Assembly (NCBI GenBank): GCA_046329865.1
Contig: JAXLTW010000015.1
Coordinates: forward strand, 10,935 to 74,934
Direction: 5' to 3'
Source: Chitinophagales bacterium
GTDB lineage: Bacteria; Bacteroidota; Bacteroidia; Chitinophagales; JADIYW01
Length of the DNA stretch: 64,000 nt
In this document: piece by piece, positions 1-10,366 of the stretch
How the letters are laid out: every line of letters starts with the position of its first letter
Position numbering within the stretch: the stretch's first letter is position 1
Translations under genes and position numbers: made by a program
The notes under the pieces: generated by a model
The model's input: only the letters and a program-made list of their open reading frames with translations
Told to the model about the DNA's origin: nothing
Databases searched by the model: none

Positions 1-1056
1 TTCAATTGCAACGGGTTGATGCAATGGCATTACGGTCAGACGAAGCCGCTGAGGTATCCGCCATATGGCACCTATCCGCCTAGGTCTGTTCCGTTTCCGG
101 GAGGGAATTTAAACTATCCTTCACCGCATGAGGCAATGGGACTCAACGGCATCGACACCTACCACCTCGGGCCAGCCAGTTATACAGTGCTGGCAGAGTT
201 TTATATGCGCAAGTACATCAACAATTACCTGAGACGAAACAGGGACACATCCTTCTATTCCACAGGCAGCCGGGAAGACGGATGGGTGACTTCCACCGGA
301 CAAACCGGCACCGGAGAGATACAGATTGCCAACAACGGCGTTTCTAAAACCAAAGGTATCGTTTCGTTTAATACGGCATCCATTCCGGATGATAAAGTGA
401 TAAAAAAAGCAAGTTTGTTCCTGAGAACAAAATATGTCAACAAAACCTATTCCGGTGCAGTGGTATTCCCGATGGATTTTACACTGGACATCAAACAGGG
501 TACGTTTGGAACATCCGAACCGGAGGCAGGTGATTTTTCAGAAACAGCTTCTTTGTCCAATGTTGCCTGTGCTGCCGGCAGTTTGCGTGGAAATGAATAC
601 GCGCTCCGATTCGACCTGGATCCGCAGGCGCTGAAGTTTATCAACAAGACCGGTATTACCCAGTTCCGGCTGGAAGTGCTGAATAACAATGTCATTAAAT
701 TCTTTAACGGGGATACCCTGGAACTGGAAGGGCCTTATCTGGATATCTATTACGACACTACCGCGGTCATATCCGGTGTCATTACTAAGGAAACTACAGA
801 TAAATCATTGCAGGTATTCCCGAACCCGGCTGCGGATGAAATTACCCTGAAATGGAGTAAAGAACCGACGCTGAAGAAAGCCAAATTCAGTATCTACAAT
901 ACACAGGGCAAACAGGTATGGACAGAGAGTTATGACAGGCTGACCGGAGAGGAAATACAGATAAATATCAGCCAGTTGCCGAACGGAGGTTATATCATCA
1001 GCAAGGAAGATGACAAGAATACTAAAGTAGGCACGTTTATTAAGTTGAAGGAATAA
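1..1056 (+). CDS. Secreted protein, 5' end outside the window, with T9SS type A C-terminal sorting domain
   Basis: The frame is open back to position 1, with no upstream stop. The C-terminus LQVFPNPAADEITLKW...LPNGGYIIS...VGTFIKLKE fits the Por/T9SS CTD pattern. The function of the N-terminal part was not recognised. Confidence 0.7.
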   Translation, partial: FNCNGLMQWHYGQTKPLRYPPYGTYPPRSVPFPGGNLNYPSPHEAMGLNGIDTYHLGPASYTVLAEFYMRKYINNYLRRNRDTSFYSTGSREDGWVTSTGQTGTGEIQIANNGVSKTKGIVSFNTASIPDDKVIKKASLFLRTKYVNKTYSGAVVFPMDFTLDIKQGTFGTSEPEAGDFSETASLSNVACAAGSLRGNEYALRFDLDPQALKFINKTGITQFRLEVLNNNVIKFFNGDTLELEGPYLDIYYDTTAVISGVITKETTDKSLQVFPNPAADEITLKWSKEPTLKKAKFSIYNTQGKQVWTESYDRLTGEEIQINISQLPNGGYIISKEDDKNTKVGTFIKLKE

Positions 1057-1203
1057 GTGAATAGATATTAAACAATGTATTGAATATCATCCATTTTAAA
1101 AATTTTAGTTTGTTTTGTTGATACATATCAATAGGTTTTTAAGGTTATCCACATTCACCTAAAATACACTTTTCAGATTCAACATTATTCTGAATATTAG
1201 TTG

Positions 1204-1211
1204 TATTTTTG
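1204..1211 (+). promoter_or_regulatory. Candidate Bacteroidota -7 promoter box (TATTTTTG, fits TAnnTTTG)
   Basis: Exact match to the TAnnTTTG consensus, 34 nt upstream of the ATG at 1245. No convincing -33 TTG was found. Confidence 0.3.
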
Positions 1212-1244
1212 CTGAGTTGTTTAAAATTTAAAACATTCTTTTTT

Positions 1245-3694
1245 ATGAATAAAATCAGTACACTCTTTGTTACACTGTTGTGTGTGATGACGCAGATGGT
1301 TATGGCACAAATTTCCATCACAAACTCTACCCCTTACACACAAAACTTTGATGGTTTGCCTGCAACCGGAACTTCAACGACTAATCCGATTCCTGCAAAT
1401 TGGTGGAGATATGCTCCCAATTCACCATCTATAACAGCAGGTACCGGTTCATCAACTGCTGGCGGGTTTTATTCAGCCGGTGCTGCAAGTGGTAGCGATA
1501 GAGCTTTTGGTTCTTTATTAACTACAAATACAAACACCAACAAACTTTACTTTGGAGCTAAATTTGTAAATAACACAGGCTCTACCATTGTTTCAGCAAC
1601 TGTTTCCTATAAATGCGAACAATGGAGACGTGGTAATACAAATACAGGATATAAAGATACATTGTTGTTCGAATACGCTACAGGTACAGACTCTGTATAT
1701 CAGGGAAGTTGGACGCTAGCGCCTGCATTAACGGGTAGTTCTACAAACACAGGGACTACAGCACAAGCATTAGATGGCAATACTGTATTTTCCAATGTGT
1801 CGGGAACCGTTACAGGAATGGCTATTCCGAATGGAGCTACTTTTTGGATTCGTTTCAACGATTTTGATGCTAATCCGGGTGCAGATGATTTATTGGCGGT
1901 AGATGACTTTTCCATTTCCTTTACAACAGGAACTGTAGCTGCCTGTACGGAACCGGCTACATCAGTATCAAATGTGGTATTAAGTGCTACAGGTACAACT
2001 TCCGTTTCCGGTTCGTTTACAGGTAACGGTGCGGATGGTTATTTGGTTTTATTAGATAGCAATGCAACTGTTCCAACGATTACTGATGCAACTACTTACA
2101 CGGTAGGTCAGGCGGTAGGTACGGCAACTGTAATTGCCAACGGTACAGGTACTACTTTTTCTAGATCAGGATTGGTGCCGAATACTATTTATAAAGCATA
2201 TGTTTATCCATACAAAAATGTAAGTTGTACTGGAGGTCCAAATTATAAAATATCTGCTCCAGGTAATGATACAGCCAAGACATTGGTAGATGCTTGTCCG
2301 GAACCTACTGCAAAACCTACAAATTTATTCTTCACTTTGGTTAATAATACAAACATTAACGGAAGATTCAATAAAGCGGTTCCAGCTCCAAACGGAGGAT
2401 ATGTGGTAGTTTACAGCACCAGCTCTAATGTTGGATATCCTTTAGACTCTGTTCCGTATAATATTGGAGATTCTGTTAAATATTCCAGCTTTAAATCTAA
2501 AGTGGCGTATGTAGGAACAGATTCCAATTTTACAATTTCAGGATTGACTGCTGGTACCAGATATTATTTTGCTGTGGTACCATTTAATACCTGCTCTTAT
2601 GGACCTAATTACTTACGAACTACCCCTCTTAAGGCAGATACCATTACTTCAGGTGGTGTTCCGGCATGCGCCGAACCGGATACTATTACCGGTATCACTG
2701 TTACGGGAACGACCAACAACTCTATTACGGCGTCATTCACACCGCATTCCGGCGGAGCTGACGGATACCTGGTCGTTTACAGAAAGAACAGTTCATTTTT
2801 GGTGGGAGTGAATGACGGAACAACATACACCGTCGGACAATTATTGACACAAGTGAACGGTGCATTTACAGATTCCAGTTATGTTGGGTATATCGGAACG
2901 AACAATCCTTTTACCATTACAGGCCTAGAGCTTGGAACTACCTACTATTTTGCGGTATTTCCGTTTAATAACACGAGTTGTACCGGCGGCCCGAACTATA
3001 AAGTCAAATTTACAACAAACGTAAATAAAACAAACGCGACCACCACCGGCGGTGCGTGTGTTGAACCAAATGCAGTGCCACAGAATCTCGTATTCAGCAG
3101 CGTTACAGGAACAACCATTGCCGGACATTTCAAACAGCAGGTGATTGCGGACGGTTATGTAGTGGTGGTAGCAAAAGGGTTTATCGCAAACCTGAGAGAC
3201 AGTGTCGTTTATGCAGTAGGAGACTCTGTGGGTAATTCACCTAAAACCTATGTGGCGAAAGTGGCTACCTCCAATGTAGATACCAACTTTACGATTACAG
3301 GACTGTCACCTAATACCAGCTACAGTGTGGCGGTTTACTCATATAAAGTATGTGATGGTTTCAGATTATACAAGAGCCAGATTGTTCCATCAGTGAACAA
3401 GCGTGACACCACAACAGCTACCGGAACAGGCATAAGAAATGCAGCAGCGTCTACATTCTCCGTATTCCCGAATCCTGTTCAGTCAGCGAACTTTCCATTC
3501 ATTCGAAGCAGCCATTGTCTGAGCCTGCCATGATGGAAGTAATTGATGTGAGCGGGCGACGCCTGGTATCGGAGCAATTACCGGTCAATATAAAAATACA
3601 AACGATAGATGTATCTGCTTTCGCCAAAGGGATTTACCTGGTGAACATCCGTTATAAAAATGAAAACAGTACCATCTCATTTTTGGTTGAATAA
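1245..3694 (+). pseudogene. FN3-like repeat cell-surface protein whose T9SS sorting domain is split by a frameshift
   Basis: Signal peptide MNKISTLFVTLLCVMTQMVMAQ at ATG 1245. There are four ~95-aa repeats, each starting C-x-EP and containing ADGYLVV, YYFAV-P and GGPNY. Frame 1 reads FSVFPNPVQS and stops at 3531-3533. The adjacent frame reads ELSIHSKQPLSEPAMMEVIDVSGRRLV...GIYLVNIRYKNENSTISFLVE up to TAA 3692-3694. Together these form one complete T9SS CTD broken near 3483-3488. Confidence 0.6.
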
Positions 3695-3714
3695 TTTATC
3701 AGACTAATACATTA

Positions 3715-3764
3715 CCTCGTCTCTGTAATTTGCAGCATTGCAAGCATCAGGGACGAGGTTTTTT
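3715..3764 (+). terminator. Rho-independent terminator candidate
   Basis: CCTCGTCTCTG (3715-3725) pairs with CAGGGACGAGG (3748-3758) with one mismatch. An inner TTGCA/TGCAA stem is present and a T6 run follows. Confidence 0.6.
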
Positions 3765-3780
3765 ATCTTAATGACACACG

Positions 3781-4938
3781 ATGAAACATAAACAAATTTA
3801 TATTCTTTTTGCCGCTTTGTTATCGGGGTTTTCTGCATTAGCCGGCCCGGGTACCTATTATAATTCATTGGATACAACGAGGTCCTGCGCCAATTTTAAG
3901 ACACAATTGTTTCATCTTATTTCAACGGGAACAACACAATTGCCTTATTCACAAGTGGATAATTATTATGACCAGACCGATTTAAAGCCTGCGGAATCAG
4001 GCGGAGGATTTGTAATAGTCGACAGATATTCATCTGAAAATCCCAATGGGTTGGATTATTGTTCTTTCAGATATCCAACAAGTTTTTGTATGACTACTCC
4101 TTCAGATACCAATCAATGTATTTGTTATAATAAGGAACATACTTTTCCTAAAGCTTATTTTGGAGGTGATGCAATGAAAGATATTTATAGTGATATACAT
4201 TATATTTGGCCTGCTGATAATAGAATAAACTATTACAAAAGTAATTTTCCAATAGGCTATAATAAAAACCCATACTATACATCGAAAAATGGTTCAAGTG
4301 TTGGTATATCGGATGCTACAATGAATTACGGATATAACTCCTCTAACATCTTTGAACCTATTGACAGCTTTAAAGGAGATTTCGCACGGGCATATTTATA
4401 TGTTGTAACCCGGTACGAAGATTCTCTTCCGGGTTGGATTGGCAGAAGTACAGCTAATAATGTATTGGATGGCAATAAATATCCGGGACTTGATCCCTGG
4501 ATATTAAAATTATGTGTAAAATGGCATAAAATGGACCCGCCCAGCGCTTTTGAAAGACAGCGCAATGACGCCATCTTTGCATTACAGGGGAACCGCAATC
4601 CCTATATAGATTATCCAAACTGGGTCGAAAAAGTATTCGGTACGGATGGAGTGTCTACTTCCTGTGTGAATACGGCCATAGTAAGCCACAGAACGGTTGA
4701 TTTTTCGGTTTTCCCCAATCCCGCCAACAGCGAATTGAATATCCGGCTGGACGGTGTGCTTTCTGATAAGGTAACGCTCGAAGTGCTGGATATGGTGGGT
4801 AAAAAGATACGTACTGAACAATTTCCGCCCAATGCCCAATTGCACAGCATAGATATCAGCGGACTGCCAAATGGTGTGTACTTCATCAATCTACTTTATA
4901 AAGGAGAGAACAATATCACGCCTTTATTTAAGCAGTAA
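3781..4938 (+). CDS. Endonuclease I family extracellular nuclease with T9SS C-terminal sorting domain
   Basis: Signal peptide. Motifs NKEHTFPKAYFGG, KGDFARAYLYVVTRYE and GNRNPYIDYPNW match the endonuclease I (PF04231-type) signature. The C-terminal FSVFPNPANSELNIRL...NGVYFINLLYKGEN is a T9SS CTD. Confidence 0.85.
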   Translation: MKHKQIYILFAALLSGFSALAGPGTYYNSLDTTRSCANFKTQLFHLISTGTTQLPYSQVDNYYDQTDLKPAESGGGFVIVDRYSSENPNGLDYCSFRYPTSFCMTTPSDTNQCICYNKEHTFPKAYFGGDAMKDIYSDIHYIWPADNRINYYKSNFPIGYNKNPYYTSKNGSSVGISDATMNYGYNSSNIFEPIDSFKGDFARAYLYVVTRYEDSLPGWIGRSTANNVLDGNKYPGLDPWILKLCVKWHKMDPPSAFERQRNDAIFALQGNRNPYIDYPNWVEKVFGTDGVSTSCVNTAIVSHRTVDFSVFPNPANSELNIRLDGVLSDKVTLEVLDMVGKKIRTEQFPPNAQLHSIDISGLPNGVYFINLLYKGENNITPLFKQ

Positions 4939-5050
4939 AATCGGCCAGTTTGATGTTGTGTTGAACCCAAAACGAACCTTGTATCTACAGGTCTGCATTC
5001 TTTTCTTTTTAAGTGAATTAAAATGCAATTGCTCTCAATTTACGGAATGC

Positions 5051-6082
5051 TTATTTCACTTCTTTCAGTAATGTCAGGTAAGTAGGAAAGTGGTCGCTGT
5101 AACCTGCATTGTATATATTGAAATCCCAGGTACGTTTCGGGTAACCTTTGTATTTGCCGGTTTTCTGAATCATGAAATCCTTGCTGAAGATACTTGCTTT
5201 CTTGAAAAAATAACCGGACTGGTTTTGGTCTAACCAACCATAAGAAAGCACAATCTGGTCGAAGATACCCCAGGAATCATTGAAGGCCAGTGTGCCGATA
5301 CCTTTTTTAAAATAATCCACCCACGGATTGTATAAACCGCCCGGCTGACATTTTTCTTTTTTGTCCACACATTTTAATACATTGACCATAGAAGGGTCAG
5401 TAGGGTTGTCGTTCAGGTCGCCCATGTCCAGTACCTTGGTATTGGGATTGATGTCCATCAGTGAATCAATGATATGTTTACTGATACCGGCAGCAAATTC
5501 CGCAACGGTGCGGTAGCTTCGGTACTTCCACGACGGGATGGCCAGTAGTTGACAAACTCCCAAAAACGGTATCGGTGCCGTTCAGCATTCCCTTGATGAA
5601 AAGTACATCGCGTATGGTGTCGATCTTTACCTATTGCGAGATTCCGAATGGAGCGGCTTTCCAGTACCTTGAAATATTTAGGGTTATACATGAAGCCGCA
5701 GTTCACCGCAAATCTGGACCATCACCAATACGGATATCTGGTATTGCGGGCTTTAATTTCGGGTGATTGGCAAGGATTTCCAGCACTGTTCTGTTCTCTA
5801 TTTCTGCATCCGAAAAAGGCGAGTCCGTCCCGGAGAAACATCTGTTCTATTTGGGGAAATGGCTTCCGCCAGATGGTCTACTTTATCCAAAAAAATGCTG
5901 CCGGTATAATGATAGCTTCCGGTCGGTGTAAAATCTTCATCGTCCACATTCGGCTGATTGATAGTGTCATAGAAGTTTTCCAGATTGTAAAAGCCGGCGA
6001 CTACCACTTTGTACTGCTTGTTTTGAGCAAAAAGGAATGTACCTGTAAACAGGCAGATGGTAAGTGCAAAAATAGTTTTCAT
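5051..6082 (-). pseudogene. Endonuclease/exonuclease/phosphatase (EEP) family secreted nuclease or phosphatase, disrupted by multiple frameshifts
   Basis: N-terminal fragment 5798-6082 carries a signal peptide plus VVAGFYNLENFYD. The middle is readable only by switching frames (SDAEIENRTVLEILANHP, GDGPDLR, CGFMYNPKYFKV, TRDVLFIKG, NYWPSRRG). C-terminal fragment 5051-5563 carries MGDLNDNPTD and SDHFP. At least four frame changes lie between about 5540 and 5890. Confidence 0.75.
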
Positions 6083-6164
6083 GGGCTAAAAATACGTATT
6101 AATTGTGATTGTTCATTGTGGAAAATATGAAATGTAAGTACATATACTATTGAAGAATTATCTT

Positions 6165-6172
6165 TACCTTTG
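6165..6172 (+). promoter_or_regulatory. Candidate -7 promoter box TACCTTTG (TAnnTTTG) for the TonB-dependent receptor gene
   Basis: Exact consensus match 46 nt upstream of ATG 6218, in the divergent intergenic region. Confidence 0.3.
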
Positions 6173-6217
6173 TAGGCTGCTTTTAATACAAGCATCTCAA
6201 ATTTAATACCAACTTTT

Positions 6218-8818
6218 ATGATGAAAAAGTCTTTGACTGTTTTACTTTGTTTTTTAGCTCCTGTCTGGATGCTGGCGAATTCAAAAGTAAAACTGGATAC
6301 GCTTGCCAATGATGGAATGCAAACGGATACATCGGCTGTCAGTGCCGATGATGATATTCCGGTGATAACCCTGGAAGATATAGAAGCCGAGGATGAAGGC
6401 GGCTCCGATCAGGGCATTTCGCCCGTGCTGAGTGCCGGTAGGGATGCTTTTATGTCAGCCGCTAATTTCAACTTCAGCATCGCTCGTTTCAGAATCAGAG
6501 GATATGACAATGATTTCTTTGACACTTATATGAATGGTATTCCAACCGAGTATATCGATAATGGATTTGGCGCGTTCAACTTATGGGCCGGTCTGAATGA
6601 CGTTACCCGAAACCGCGAGAATTCCATGGGCCTGAAGCCGACTACTTTTTCCATCGGTTCTATCGGTGGCGTTTATTCCATCGACTCCCGTGCTGCCAAA
6701 CAACGCAAGCAATTGAGTGTGACCATCGGTACTTCAAACAGGACCTACGACCTGAGAGGCGGTATTACTTATGGAACTGGAATCACCAAAAAAGGCTGGA
6801 GTGTAGCTGTATCCTTATTTGGAAGATGGGCAAAAGACGGCTATATTAAAGGTACGGCCATGCAGAGTGTATCCTATTTTGCCTCTGTACAAAAAATGTT
6901 TAAAACACAGTCTTTGGCTTTGACCATTTTCGGAGCACCTACCAAACAGGGAAAAGCCGGTGCGACCACTGCTGAGGCATACGCTTTAGCGGGTTCCCAC
7001 TATTACAACCCCAACTGGGGCTACCAGAATGGTAAAGTGAGAAACTCCAGAGTTGAATACAGACATCAGCCTACTTTCATACTCACACACGAGTGGAAGC
7101 CGAAAGAAAATATGAATTTGCTGTCTGCAGCAGGATTCTCATTCGGAGAAAGAAGCCTTTCAGGTATTGACAGAAACGATGCGCCCGACCCAAGGCCGGA
7201 TTATTACAAATACCTGCCAAGCTATTTGGTATATCAGGGACGACCTGATCAGGCATCTGATCTGACTGAATTAATTCTGACTAATCCTGAGTTGTTGCAG
7301 GTAAACTGGGCGCAATTGTATGAACGAAACAAAAATCCGGAGAATCTGACCACGATTGTGGACGCGGAAGGCATTGCCGGCAATAATGTGACAGGATTAA
7401 GAGGACAATATGTTTTGAAAGAAGACGTGCAAAGTCATCTGCGCTTTAATTTTAATTCCGTTTATAATGTCAGTGTAAAGAATGTGGATTTGACGGCAGG
7501 GGTGATGTACCAGTTTCAGCAAACCAAAAACTTCAAACGTGTAAAAGATTTGCTGGGTGCTGATTACTTTTATGATGTGGATGCCTTTACAGAAGGAGAC
7601 TCGCTGGCTAATCCGAGCACCGCTTATTCCGATTTGAATCAGCCAAGACATGTTGTCCGCGTTGGCGATAAATTCGGTTATAATTATGCGTCGGTAGTAC
7701 ATAAAACGAGTGTCTGGGGACAAGCCAATCAACACACCAAACACGTAGATTGGTTTGTGGCGGCAGAGTTTTCCAACACGTCACAATGGAGAGAAGGCTA
7801 TTACAGAAACGGATTGAATCCAACGACGTCGGAAGGAAAATCAAAAGTGTATTCCTACAATAATTTTTTGGTAAAAGGAGGTTTGACTTATAAGATAAGT
7901 GGACGTCATTATGTATATGCGAATGGTTCTTACCAGACCCGTGCACCTTACTGGGGTAATTTGTTTATTTCACCTCGTACCAGAAATATCGCCAATGATG
8001 CACCGAGCGAAAAAATCGGTTCAGTAGAAGCCGGTTATATTTATAATTCACCTATAATTAAATTAAGAGCGACTGGCTACTTCACCGATTTCAAAGATGG
8101 TTCCAATGTGTTGACCTATTTTGATGATGATTATTTTGGGTTGGCGAGTTATACGCTTACCAACACTGATAAAAGACATTTTGGTGGTGAATTGGGAATG
8201 GAGGCGCAAATATACAAGGGGCTGAGTGCTTCATTGGTTGCAGCTGTCGGAAAGTATTATTATACCAGCCGTCAGGTAGGAACCCTGACCATAGACAACC
8301 AGCCTGAACTTATTCAGACAGACCTGATTTACAGCAAGAATTTTTATGTTGCCAATGTTCCGCAGCAGGCATATTCTTTGGGTTTGAACTACCGTTCCAA
8401 AAAATTCTGGTATGTAAGTGCCAATGTAAATTTCTTTGACAGGTTCTATGCTGATTTTGCACCGACGCACCGCACTGAACGGGCAACCGATGCGGTACCT
8501 TACCAGTCGGATCAGTGGTATGCCATAGTTAACCAGGAACGCTACAATAAAAAAGGACAGTGGACCCTCGATTTATCCGGTGGATATTCCTGGAGACTGA
8601 AATCTACTTTTAAAAACATGAAAGGAAAAGATGCCGGCAAACATTACCTGGTGTTAAATACCGGTATCAGCAATGTGACGAATAACAGAAATTTCATCGT
8701 CAGCGGAAGAGAGCAACTACGATTTGATTTTGCGGAAAAAGATGCGACCAAATTTCCTTCAAAATATACGTACGCTTACGGAATCAATTTTTACCTGAAT
8801 CTGACGTATCGTTTTTAA
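6218..8818 (+). CDS. TonB-dependent outer-membrane receptor
   Basis: Signal peptide. Plug-like region FRIRGYDNDFFDTYMNGIP. Long barrel region with alternating-hydrophobicity, beta-strand-like sequence. Terminal YLNLTYRF with a C-terminal aromatic residue. Confidence 0.8.
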   Translation: MMKKSLTVLLCFLAPVWMLANSKVKLDTLANDGMQTDTSAVSADDDIPVITLEDIEAEDEGGSDQGISPVLSAGRDAFMSAANFNFSIARFRIRGYDNDFFDTYMNGIPTEYIDNGFGAFNLWAGLNDVTRNRENSMGLKPTTFSIGSIGGVYSIDSRAAKQRKQLSVTIGTSNRTYDLRGGITYGTGITKKGWSVAVSLFGRWAKDGYIKGTAMQSVSYFASVQKMFKTQSLALTIFGAPTKQGKAGATTAEAYALAGSHYYNPNWGYQNGKVRNSRVEYRHQPTFILTHEWKPKENMNLLSAAGFSFGERSLSGIDRNDAPDPRPDYYKYLPSYLVYQGRPDQASDLTELILTNPELLQVNWAQLYERNKNPENLTTIVDAEGIAGNNVTGLRGQYVLKEDVQSHLRFNFNSVYNVSVKNVDLTAGVMYQFQQTKNFKRVKDLLGADYFYDVDAFTEGDSLANPSTAYSDLNQPRHVVRVGDKFGYNYASVVHKTSVWGQANQHTKHVDWFVAAEFSNTSQWREGYYRNGLNPTTSEGKSKVYSYNNFLVKGGLTYKISGRHYVYANGSYQTRAPYWGNLFISPRTRNIANDAPSEKIGSVEAGYIYNSPIIKLRATGYFTDFKDGSNVLTYFDDDYFGLASYTLTNTDKRHFGGELGMEAQIYKGLSASLVAAVGKYYYTSRQVGTLTIDNQPELIQTDLIYSKNFYVANVPQQAYSLGLNYRSKKFWYVSANVNFFDRFYADFAPTHRTERATDAVPYQSDQWYAIVNQERYNKKGQWTLDLSGGYSWRLKSTFKNMKGKDAGKHYLVLNTGISNVTNNRNFIVSGREQLRFDFAEKDATKFPSKYTYAYGINFYLNLTYRF

Positions 8819-8857
8819 CGTTGTGGAATAAATTTTAAAATTATAATTTGATATAAA

Positions 8858-10210
8858 ATGACAACATCCATTCAAAAATTATTTATAGCAATTACGCTGC
8901 TGGTTGCTATCTCTTCAACCACTTCTTGTAAAAAAGATACGTTTGATGAGCCACCGGGAAATACGGTAGACCCCAATCTTGATACCATCAGTATCAGCCG
9001 TTTGAAAGCTTATTATACGGGCGGTTCTCCGGTTTCCATTCCGGATGATGTAACCATTGCCGGTATCGTTATTGGTGATGACAGAACCGGAAATCTCTAC
9101 AAATCCATCGTAATTGACGACGGTAATGCGGCGATTGCGCTTTCCATAGATGTATCTTCCGGTTTATATACGGATTATCCGGTTGGAAGAAAAATCTATG
9201 TAAAATGTAAAGGACTGGCATTGGGTACGTACGGCGGCACTCCGCAGCTGGGTGGTTATGTGGATGGCGCCAGTGTAGGCAGGATAGCACAGGCATTATT
9301 GCCAAAGATAATCGTAAAAGGACCGATAGGGAACGACATTACACCACTGATACAGCATGTCCATATTGCTCAACTGAATGATGCCTATTTATCCAGATTG
9401 ATACAACTGGATACGGTTGAGTTTAAGACAACCAGTGCGGATACAGCCTATGCGGATGTCTACAAACCAATTCCGGATGATGGTAACAGAATTTTAGGAG
9501 ACTGTGACGGTGGTACCATAACAGTAAGAACAAGTCCTTACTGTACCTTTGCTTATGTTAAAACACCAACAGGTAACGGAACCGTTTTAGGAATATATAC
9601 AAAGTATAATTCGACCAAACAATTTACCATCCGGGATACATCGGATGTAAACTTAAGAGGTACAAATTGCTCAGCTATTCCGGTGCCGGTGGTAGATACG
9701 TTGTTATTCCAGAACTTCAATTCCTTCTCTACTGGAAACCTGAATATTCCCAGCTGGACGAATTTCGCCGTAACGGGAAATGAATTGTATCAGATTTCAG
9801 GTACTTCAGATTTTTATGCGAAAATAACGGCATTCGGCTCCGGAAAATCAAGTGTCGTTTCCTGGTTAGTGACTCCTAAAGTAAATCTGAATTCCACCAC
9901 CAATGAAATATTGACATTTAAGACTGCGGCAGGATTTCTGAAAGCAGGCACTCTATTCGAAGTATTTATTTCAAACGACTTTTCAGGTGATCCTACTACT
10001 GCAACATGGACTCCGTTATCTGCCACTATAGCTACTGCTCCTGCAAGCGGATACAGTTCATTTACTTCTTCCGGAAATGTTAGCTTAAGCAGTTTCAGCG
10101 GTGACGTCGTAATTGGATTTAAATACACAGGCGCGGATCCTTCAGGGACTGCCTCTGATCTTACCACTACTTACGAAGTAGATAATGTTTTTATAAAAGG
10201 TACGCATTAG
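8858..10210 (+). CDS. Surface lipoprotein, DUF5689-like N-terminal part plus choice-of-anchor-J-like C-terminal domain
   Basis: Lipobox-like LVAISSTTSC. It sits immediately downstream of the TonB-dependent receptor. C-terminal pattern FQNF...W..F...G...W...SWLVTPKVNL...FEVFISNDFSG...WTPL...VVIGFKY...YEVDNVFIKG. The family call is from memory of the motif and was not searched. Confidence 0.55.
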   Translation: MTTSIQKLFIAITLLVAISSTTSCKKDTFDEPPGNTVDPNLDTISISRLKAYYTGGSPVSIPDDVTIAGIVIGDDRTGNLYKSIVIDDGNAAIALSIDVSSGLYTDYPVGRKIYVKCKGLALGTYGGTPQLGGYVDGASVGRIAQALLPKIIVKGPIGNDITPLIQHVHIAQLNDAYLSRLIQLDTVEFKTTSADTAYADVYKPIPDDGNRILGDCDGGTITVRTSPYCTFAYVKTPTGNGTVLGIYTKYNSTKQFTIRDTSDVNLRGTNCSAIPVPVVDTLLFQNFNSFSTGNLNIPSWTNFAVTGNELYQISGTSDFYAKITAFGSGKSSVVSWLVTPKVNLNSTTNEILTFKTAAGFLKAGTLFEVFISNDFSGDPTTATWTPLSATIATAPASGYSSFTSSGNVSLSSFSGDVVIGFKYTGADPSGTASDLTTTYEVDNVFIKGTH

Positions 10211-10230
10211 GATAAAAATTATAATCTATT

Positions 10231-10260
10231 AAAAAGCCTCCCTGTGGGAGGCTTTTTTTG
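10231..10260 (+). terminator. Rho-independent terminator
   Basis: AAAAAGCCTCCC-TGTG-GGAGGCTTTTTTTG: a GC-rich perfect stem followed by a T7 run, 20 nt after the stop codon. Confidence 0.8.
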
Positions 10261-10366
10261 TTAAATTATACTTATTAAATAATGTGAATAACCTGAACGG
10301 TTTTCATGAAAATAAAATGATAACTTCATATACCCAAAACTATGATATTTTGTCAATAAGATAGTT

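Noticed and set aside
5575-6130. Plus-strand ORFs 5575-5766 and 5648-6130
   Set aside because: They are antisense to the decayed EEP nuclease gene, with no motifs. They probably exist only because that region is no longer constrained.
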